Part shown: piece after piece, positions 45,636-64,000 of the stretch
How positions within the stretch are numbered: the stretch's first letter is position 1
How the letters are laid out: each line of letters begins with the position of its first letter
Assembly: GCF_009914755.1 (NCBI RefSeq)
Contig: NC_060944.1
DNA: 64,000 bases
Origin: the human T2T-CHM13v2.0 reference genome, Homo sapiens
Strand: one strand, 5' to 3'
Translations under genes and position numbers: made by a program
Notes under the pieces: model-generated
Database searches by the model: none
Told to the model about the DNA's origin: nothing
Seen by the model: the letters and a program-made list of their open reading frames with translations, nothing else

Positions 45636-45843
45636 GAGTCATCTCTCTGTGTCTGTGGAGGATTGGTTCTAGCATCTCCCGTGCATACCACAACCAATGA
45701 ATGATCAAGTTCTGCCATTGGTCCTATATGACCTGCAGATTTGAAAAGTCAGCCCTCTGTATTCAAGAGGTCTGCATTACTGGAATATTATATTTTTGAT
45801 CTGTGATTGGTTGAATCTACTTGTGGATATGGAGTGCTGACTG
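45636..45843 (+). mobile_element. MER2/MER8-type Tigger-derived MITE
   Basis: TA flanks; gagtcatctctctgtgtctgtggaggattggttc...gatatggagtgctgactg. Confidence 0.75.
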
Positions 45844-45940
45844 TATATCCAATACATCCACAATTCCTAAAATTTTTTCCTCTCAGACACTTCCTAACTC
45901 TGACTATTTTCCATTATGTACCTAGAACTGTTAGATCTTT

Positions 45941-45973
45941 GCAAAGGCTGAAATTACTTTGGCACCAACCTAA
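45941..45973 (+). mobile_element. Single Hsmar1/MADE1-like terminal inverted repeat
   Basis: aattactttggcaccaacctaa+ta is the reverse complement of the mariner TIR ttaggttggtgcaaaagtaatt with one mismatch. Confidence 0.65.
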
Positions 45974-46610
45974 TAGCTATCATTGTAGTCAGAGCAGGAA
46001 GTATCCTGTGCGTCCACGGTTTGGGATTCTCTAGGACTCCAAACCAAGTAGGATGGTGACTAGCATTGTCAAGAGCTAAAGCTGGGTATGCTTTTCTTCC
46101 TTCCATGCCTCGGCATCCCCAGCTCATGTAGCCACTGGTGGGTCATTTGCAGCGGGGAGTGTCCAACAAAATTAGTACTTTTTCTTTGGTTATCCTTTGT
46201 CTCAAACTCCAACCCGGAGGTAAAATTATTAGGAGAACATTGTTGAGATTTAAGCTTTCTGTTCATTTACATTTGTATAATTAATCTTTATTCATTGCTT
46301 TGGTTTTAACAGTTCTTTATTATTTTGTATATGGCAATGCTTTTATACACAGAAAAATTGAGTAGACCAGTTTTCAAATCCAAACAGAAACTTTTATAAT
46401 AATAAGGCTATTTACCCATTTCATCCTATTGTACAAATTAATAGCTTGGTCTCTATAATTTAGTTTGTAATCCCTCACAATTTTTAAAATGAATCCTCTG
46501 TTTTCTGTTTCTCTGTTTTTTCTGTTGCTATACAGAATATAATCTCTTAGCTTTCCACCATCGAATCTACTTGACAATTGCACGATGAGGGATACGCCAT
46601 ACTCTTAACT

Positions 46611-46813
46611 CAAGCTTGTCTGACCTGTCTAATTTTGTTGTAATAGTTGTTCTGTTTCATTTTATTTTGGGCTTGTAGCAGCTGGAAGCCATAGTTTTTA
46701 GTTTCTGTCTCCTGTGGTAAGTGGAAAAGAGGGATGAGGAAGAGGCTGTACTGGCCCAACCAGAAACCGAAACTGAGAACCCATGACTGTATCCTCTCTC
46801 TTGGACGCCTCTG
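46611..46813. mobile_element. MER30B-like hAT DNA transposon
   Basis: caagcttgtc...tggcccaaccagaaaccgaaactgagaacccatgactgtatcctctctcttggacgcctctg. Confidence 0.75.
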
Positions 46814-46829
46814 CTAGCCTCTTAAACAC

Positions 46830-48200
46830 AAAAATAGAGAGATCCCAGAAGTGCTGTATTTCCCAGCCCTCCTTCCCTGGCTATAGTCACTGTCTGTACT
46901 TCCAGACCTCCCATTTTCTTCCTGATCCATGCCAATTAGGGTTTCTTATTCAATGCTTCAGTGAAAAATAAAAAACTATATTATAGACATCAGTGGGCTG
47001 CATCTTGCCCAAGCCAAGAGATAAGTTTTGGTCCTCATCTTAATGACTACTTAGCTGCATTTGATATTGTTGACGTTTCTTCTTTAAAAATATTTTCAAA
47101 GCCCCTATGATGCTACTTCTGTCTTGTTTTTTACTCCACTCTTGCTATCTTACCTCCTGCTTTTTTTTTCAGTGTATGTCTCCTCTGGTCACATGATTAT
47201 ATTTATGGGGTGCACTTGATCCTCTACTGTGTTATTTTCTATTCCTACATGATCTTATTTAGTACCGTGGCTTTAAAGACCATCTGTTGATGACTCCCAA
47301 GTCAGTATTTCTGGCTCCATTCTCCTCAAATGGTAAACTCAAACTGAATATCTCCTTTTGGATATCTGAAAGGCATCTCAAATCCAACATCTCAAACATT
47401 ACTCTGAGTTCTCCACCCCATATGCTCCTCTAAAATCTTTCCCATGTTATTAAATGGTCCCACCTTAAACACACACCTAAGAGCAATTCTTCACTCTTCT
47501 CCTTCCCAAAAGATCTACATCTAATTTATCCATAAGTCCTATTTGCTCAACATCCCAAATACATACTAAAGTTGACCACTTCACTCCAACTTCTCTGCCA
47601 TAAACCAAGTCTAATTCACCGGCACTTCTCTTGGGCTACTGCTAAAGTGTCCTACCTAATTCATTTTAATCTATCAATACTCTCTGAGTTCTTACTAGGT
47701 GTCAGATGTTTTATAGGACTTAATGATACATCAGTGAATAAAACATAAAAAGATTGCTACCCTAATGAAATTTATGTTTAATTAGTGCAGACAGACAATA
47801 AAGAAAATTGTGTGTGTTTGTGGTGGGGGCGGGGGTTAGATGGAAGTCATAAATGTTATGAAAGAAAAATAAAAGAAATGGGATACAAGGATAAGGAGAA
47901 GACTTAGGTAAGTTGTACTTTAAAATAAAGTGGTCAGACATACATCACTTCAAAATGAACATTTGCATAAAAGTATAAAGAGTTTGAGGGAGTAAGATGC
48001 ATGGATTCTGGAGACAACATGTGAACATGTCCTGCAGAGTCATCATAGTTGGCATGCTGGAGGAACAAGAAAAAGGTCCATGAGGGTGGGGTAGAGTAAA
48101 ATGAGCAAAGGAGAAAGTATTGTGCAAAAAGGTCAAGATAACAGGGACAGAGAGACGTGATAGGGACATGGGCATATTGTATGCTGAGTGGGGGAAAAAA
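46830..48200. mobile_element. L2 fragments in both orientations
   Basis: Plus-type atgactcccaagtcagtatttc and ggcatctcaaatccaacat; minus-type atacatcagtgaataaaac...ctaccctaatgaaatttatgt. Confidence 0.65.
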
Positions 48201-48239
48201 CCCCAGGAGCGTTTTTGTTCTGCTTTGTTTAGCTATCTT

Positions 48240-49520
48240 AAAATGTAAGCAATTTTTAGAATAGTCTTAGATTTATAGCAGTGTTGCAAATCTACCGTAG
48301 AGAGTTCCCATATAATGTTCACCCAGTTTCTTTTGTTGTTAACATTTTATGTTACAATGATAAATTTGTCAAAAGTAATGAAACAACATCAGTGTATTAT
48401 TATTAAATAAACTCCACAATTAATTCAAATGTTACTAGTTTTTCCCATGTCCTTTTTATGTTCCAGTATTCCATCCAAGATACCACATTGCATTGAGTTT
48501 TCATGTGTTCTTAGTCTCCTCTGAACTTTGATGGTTTCTCAGATTTTCACTGATTTTAATGACCTTGTCAGTTCTCATGTATACTGGTCAGAATATCGTA
48601 TATCCTACTATTTGGGTTTCTCTGATATTTTTCTCATGTTTAGATGGGCTTTGCGGAGAGAATATTCACCACAAAATACATAAAATTAGAACACAAATAT
48701 AATAGTCAAAACACCCTTGAGAAATTATAAGACTCATTTCTTCAAAAATCATTAAACAGTAAATCTAAGGAAATGTTATAAAATATTTAAAACAGACTGC
48801 TGTATATTAGAACCAATAGTATGCACCCTTAAGCTGTAATTAAGGGACAAATTTATGATTAATTAACTAATATTCAAATCCAAAAGGTGAAAAAAAGGAA
48901 CAATACAAAATCTAAACCAAATAGAAAGAAGGAAATAAAAATAAAAGACAAAAGTAATTAAGTGGCAAATAAAAAGTAGAGTGGATCGTTAAGACTAAAC
49001 ACTATTTTTAAAGACCAGTATAACAGACAAATGTTTTGATGGTGAAAGAGAGTGAGAGTGAGAGAGAGAAAGTGAGTGAGAAATAATATAAACAAACAAT
49101 ATCAGGAAAAAATAATGGAGCACAAACATATAATGAAGTATTTTAGAAACTATGAATTGATATGAACAACTGTATGCCAGTAGGTTAAAAGCCCATGCAA
49201 TGGACAATTTTCTAGGAAAGTGTAAATGCCATGATTAGTCTTCACAACCATAAAACAAGTATTAATACAAATTGAAATGGTAATCAGTATCTTATTCCCA
49301 AAGGCATCAGACCCACATGGTTTTTCCAGTAACTTTCAGCACCAATTCAATAAACATATATGTCTCATTATAGCTTAACTGAAAAAAAGTGAAGCCACGC
49401 AAGTCATTTTATAAGGATTGAATAATACTGTTAGGAAAACTAGAAAAGGAAAACACAAAGATGCACTTCTTTGTTTCAAAACTATAAATACAACAAAAAT
49501 TATTTCATTGTTGGTTTCAC
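48240..49520. mobile_element. L1MC 3' end (antisense, ~48240-48655) followed by old L1 ORF2 fragments (sense)
   Basis: agagttcccatataatgttcacccagtttc and ccatccaagataccacattgcatt motifs, then A-rich ORF2-like sequence. Confidence 0.6.
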
Positions 49521-49771
49521 TTCAGGGAAATGCTGATTCATCTTTGTGTGTAATACAAATTCAATTTGTGGTTAATAAAGGTTAATAAAGGGGACTATAA
49601 TTTTAAAAGCACAATAAGCCAATATAATATTCCCAATTTACTTCTTCAACACTTGGCCTGCAGTTATAACTATTTAAAAAGTGAACATTAAGGCAAAGAT
49701 TTCTTTCTACATGTTGGAGGAGCATTGAAGAAGAAATAAACATTTCCTCATTTTTGCTTAGTAAGCACATT

Positions 49772-50046
<275 letters not shown>

Positions 50047-50369
50047 TTATTATTTTCCTTCCTTCAACTGGCTATGAACTTGTTTTAATTTATTACCACT
50101 GATTTGAAACAACCTTATCATAAAAGTTCCCAGTTGTACCTGCATCTATTTATTCACTCTTTTCTATGGATAGGACCATCTGTTCTGATCATTACACACA
50201 CTTATCAATTATGAATCCTTTCAGATGACTACAATGCCATTTTCTTTCCCTCACAAAACAAGAAGTCAAAACATAAATGGTTGCTGATGCTCTTTCTTTA
50301 GTTTATTTCTGTAAAAAATAAATTCTCTGAGATTCTTATGATGTTTTCAATATGGCAATAAGCTGGCCA

Positions 50370-59496
<9,127 letters not shown>

Positions 59497-60450
59497 TTTT
59501 TTTTTTTTTTTTTTTTTTAAAGCAGGCAGGGGAAGGCTCAGCAGGCTCTAACTTCATCACATGATCCAAAACAGTGTCAGGTGGCACTCTAATTTCAAAG
59601 AAAACTCAGGTAGCTTTCTGTACTTTAGAGTAACATTTTATATTTTATTTTTTATATATTTTTATATTTTATTATTTTATATTTTTTATATTGCTATATA
59701 AAACTTTTGTTTCCCTTTCTTTCAAGTAGAAGTTTCATATGTTTACACCTCTTGGCTCAACTGCTTATAATAAGTAAAACATTAATGAATCATATTTCTA
59801 AACATAAAGACTAAACCCATAAAACTTCAGGCGGAAAATTTTGAAAAATGCCTTCCACGGCTTGGTTGTGCAGTGACTTCTTGAAAAGCATGCAAATGCA
59901 CTAACCAAAAAAGATCACAAATTGGTAAATTTGGCTTCATCACATTTAAAAATTCCTGGTAATTAAAATACACTTTTAAAAGGTGAAAAGCAAACCACAG
60001 GCTGGACAAAATATTTTCCGTATTTATATTAGACAAAAAAAATTTCAAGAATAGCTAAAGAAATATAAATCAATAAGGAAAGACATACAGCCTAATTTTT
60101 AAGAAAAAGAAAAAGACTGGAACAAATATTTAACAAGAAAATATCTAAATGACTAATAAGCCTATGAAAAGGTATTCAAATATTTTACTTATCAGGAAAA
60201 TGCAAATTAAAACATATCGAGGAGCAGCTGAAAAAGAGATAATACTACTTGTTTGCAAAGATGTGGAGCAACTGGAAATATCATGGGTTGCTTGTTGGGA
60301 GTTTAAAATGGAAACAATGCTTTGAAAACCTGTATTGCAGTTTCTAACAAAGAAAAATATATATGTACCCTATATTCCAAGGAAAGCTAGCCATTTGACT
60401 TTTATGTATTACTCCAGAGAAATGAAACAAAAATATATCTGCAAAAAGAC

Positions 60451-61664
60451 AGTATTAGTATGTTTTCACACTGCTGACAAAGACATACCCAAGACTGGGC
60501 AATTTACAAAAGAAAGATATTTAAGGGACTTATAGTTCCACATGGCTAGGGAGGTCTCACAATCATGGCAGAAGGCAAGGAGGAGCAAGTCATGTTTTCC
60601 ATTGATGGTGGCAGTCAAAGAGAGAGCTGTGCAAGGAAACTCCCATTTTTAAAGCCATCAGATCTCATGAGACTCGTTAACTATGAGGGGAAGAGTGCAG
60701 GAAAAACCCAACCCCATAATTCAATCACCTCCCACCAGGTTCTTCCCGTCATACATGGGAATTGTGGGAGTTACACTTCAAGATGAGATTTCAGTGGGGA
60801 CACAGTGAAACCATATCATTCCACCCCAGACCCCTCCCAAATCTCATGTCCTCACATTTCAAAATCAATCATGCCTTACCAACAGTCCCCCAAAATCTTA
60901 ATTCAGCATTAACTCAAAAGTCCACAGTCCAAAGTCTCATCTAAGACAAGGCAAGTCCCTTCCACCTATAAGCCTGTAAAATCTAAAGCAAGTTAGTTAC
61001 TTCCTACAGACATTGGGTAAATACAGCCATTCCCAATGGGAGAAATTGCTCAAAACAAAGGGGTTACAAGCCCCATGCAAGTCCAAAATCCAGCAGGGCA
61101 GTCAAATCTTAAAGCTCCAAAATGATATCCTTTGACTCCATGTCTCACATCCAGGTCAGGCTTATGCAAGAGGTGGGTTCCCATTATCTTGGGCAGCTCG
61201 GCCCCTCTGGGTTTGCAGGATGCAGCCTCCCTCCAAGCTGCTTTCACAGGCTGGTATTGAATACCTGTGGCATTTCCAGGCACATGGTGCAAGCCGTCAG
61301 TGGATATAACATTCTGGGGTCTGGAGGACAGTGGCCCTCTTCTCATAGCTCCACTAGGTGGTGTCCCAGTAAGGACTCTGTGTGGAGGCTCCATCCACAT
61401 TTCCCTTCTGCACTGCCCTACCAGAGGTTCTCCATAAGAACCCTGCCTCTGCAGCAAACTTCTGCCAGGACATCCAGGCATTTCCATACATCCTTTAAAA
61501 TCTAGGCAGAAGGGACTTGCCTTGTTTCAGATGAGATGTTGAACTGTGGGCTTTTGAGTTAATGCTGAAATGAGTTAAGACTGTGGGGGACTATTGGGAA
61601 GGCATAATTGGTTTTGGAATGTGAGGACATGAGATTTGGGTGGTGACGCAGCCAAACTATATCA
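60451..61664 (-). mobile_element. Rearranged THE1 MaLR: LTR (60451-60818), internal region (60819-61510), inverted duplicate of internal sequence (61503-61640), terminal stub of the second LTR
   Basis: THE1 LTR ends gtattag...ccatatca, polypurine tract at 60819, inverted arms 60836-60968 and 61503-61640, stub gagatttgggtggtgacgcagccaaactatatca. Confidence 0.9.
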
Positions 61665-61734
61665 AAGTAGTACATAAAACAATCTGTGTTATCTTTATAC
61701 AATTGATAGTAGACAACTATAAAAATGAACAAAC

Positions 61735-62034
<300 letters not shown>

Positions 62035-62579
62035 TTAAAGCTAATCCGTGGTGGTAGAGGTCAGAATATAGATACCTTGAAGACTGGCTGGTTAAGGAAC
62101 CCAAGGAAACCTTTTGAATGTTTCTTGACATGGTTGCAGATTACATGAGTATATACATAAGTAAAAATTCATTATGCGTTTTATCGTATGTAAACTACAC
62201 CTCAGTTTAATTGAAAAATAGATCTTATATATCTTTTATTATGTTTATTGACTTGATTTGTTAACAAAAGGGTGTGTTAAGATTCTCATCATTGAGAATC
62301 TCATGATTGGGAATTAAAGGTCTGTTTCTTTCCATTTCTCCTTGTGATTTCTGCAGCTTTTACTTCTGTATTTTGATGCCAAATTACTTGGTGCATAGAA
62401 ATTCCTATAGTTTCCTCTTCACAGTAGAGGACTATCAGCATAATGATGCATAATGATGATAAAGCAGCCTTTTCTGTCCAATTTAAATATTTTTTAAAAA
62501 TTTGCCTGACGTTCATTCTTTGGCTCTAGCTTTGTTTTTACTTCCAATTTACAAAATATATCTTTTCCCTTCTTTAAAA

Positions 62580-63790
62580 AAACTTCATAGTAAATTATGC
62601 ATAAAGCTTACCATCATATCATTTTTAAGTGTACAGTTTACTGGTGTTAAGTACATTCATGTCCATCACTGCCACTGATCTCCAGAACTCTCTTCATCTT
62701 GCAAAAGTGAAACTCTATACCTCATTCCTCCCTCCATTTATGCCACATCAAACCACCATTCTATTTTCTGTCTGTATGAATTTGACTATTCTAGGTATCT
62801 TATATAAGATACCTTATATAAGGTACCTTATATCTTATATAATATCATCTATATTATATAAGTGGTATCTTATATAAGATTCCACTTATGTGGAATCATA
62901 TAGTATTTGTCCTTTTGTGACTGGCTTAATTCACATAGCATAATGTTCTCAAGGTTCTTTCATGTTGTATCACGTGTCAGAATTTCCTTCCTTTAAAAGG
63001 CCGAGTAATTTTCCATTATTTGTATGCCACATTTTGATGATTTACTCATCTGTCAATGAACAGTTGAGTTGCTTCCACTTCTTGACTATTTAAATGCTGC
63101 TGCTAAGAACATATGTGTATGAAGATCTCTTAAAGTCTCTTCTTTCAATTCTTTTGGGTATATACCCAGAAATAGAAATGCTGGATCCTATGGTAATTCT
63201 ATTTTTGATTTGTTAAGAATATGCCATACTGTTTTCCACAAGCACTGTACCATTCTGCATTCTCACCAACAATGCACAAGAATTCCAACTTCTCTACATC
63301 TCTGCAAATACTTGTTATTTTCCATTTTTTTACAGTTTCCATCCTTAAGGGTGTGAGGTGGTATCTCATCGTACTTTTGATTTGCATTTCCTTAGTAATT
63401 AGTAATGTTGAGCATCTTTTCATATGCTTATTGGACATTTGTGTATCCTCTCTGGAGAAATGTCCTTTCAAGTTCATTGCCCATTTTTGAATCAGGTTGT
63501 TTGTTTTTAATGTCGGGTTTTAGGCATCCTTTATAGTATGAATATTCTCCACTTATTTTATATCTACTTATAGATATTTTCTCCCATTCCATGGGTTGGC
63601 TTTTTGCTCTGTTGATTGCATCCTTTGATGCCCAGAAGTTTTAAATTTTGATGTAGTCCTATTATCTATTTTTTTTTTGTTTTCAAAAGAATGCATTGCC
63701 ACATCCAATGTTTTAAAGATTTTCTCATTTTTTCTTGTGAGTTTTATAGTTTTAGATGATACATTTAGGTCTTTGATCTCTTATATTTTC
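62580..63790 (-). mobile_element. L1MA/MB-type 3' end, antisense
   Basis: ORF 63199-63477(-) [14 protein letters not shown]...C matches the L1 ORF2 C-terminus; 3'UTR motif atctccagaactctcttcatcttgc. Confidence 0.85.
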
Positions 63791-64000
63791 TCTTGCAATC
63801 TTTTCTAATCATTTAGTTTCAAGTGTGTTGGGGTTTGGTTTGGTTTTATCTTGAGAGTTATTTTTCGTTTCAATTAATTTATTTTTTTAAATTTACTAGG
63901 ATGAAAGGCATGTGAACTTTCATGTATATTACTTCGTTTTACTTTTTTTGTGTTTTTTTGCTTCTCTGATTATTCTGCCTTTTTCCGGCTTTTGGATGCT

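Overview
This is primate (human-like) genomic DNA, recognisable from AluY/AluS SINEs, L1PA/L1PB/L1M LINEs, THE1/MST/ERV LTRs and Tigger/MER DNA-transposon fossils. Most of the window is interspersed repeat, and nearly all ORF-track entries come from L1/Alu remnants or simple repeats. Unique sequence at about 7.6-11.5 kb and 19.8-34 kb has + strand splice signals suggesting the 3' end of a protein-coding gene: a short terminal exon at 8511 reading YDFLGVRRKKTVPYENID*, plus candidate downstream exons at 19860, 23856 and 24297. I cannot name the gene. I found no bacterial-type system (CRISPR, operon, RNA gene) and no clearly new biological system. The most interesting structures are: (1) two neighbouring dead L1PA copies sharing more than 10 apparently non-consensus substitutions, including one nonsense codon, which suggests long-tract gene conversion; (2) a 2.6-kb AT-rich minisatellite complex built around a fold-back inverted duplication (PATRR-like); (3) a THE1 MaLR element rearranged by two microhomology template switches; (4) a nested insertion series inside a twin-primed L1; (5) an open L1 ORF0 with a strong antisense splice donor. 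Repeat subfamily names and consensus comparisons come from my memory of the consensus sequences and need RepeatMasker/Dfam confirmation. Boundaries of old elements are approximate.
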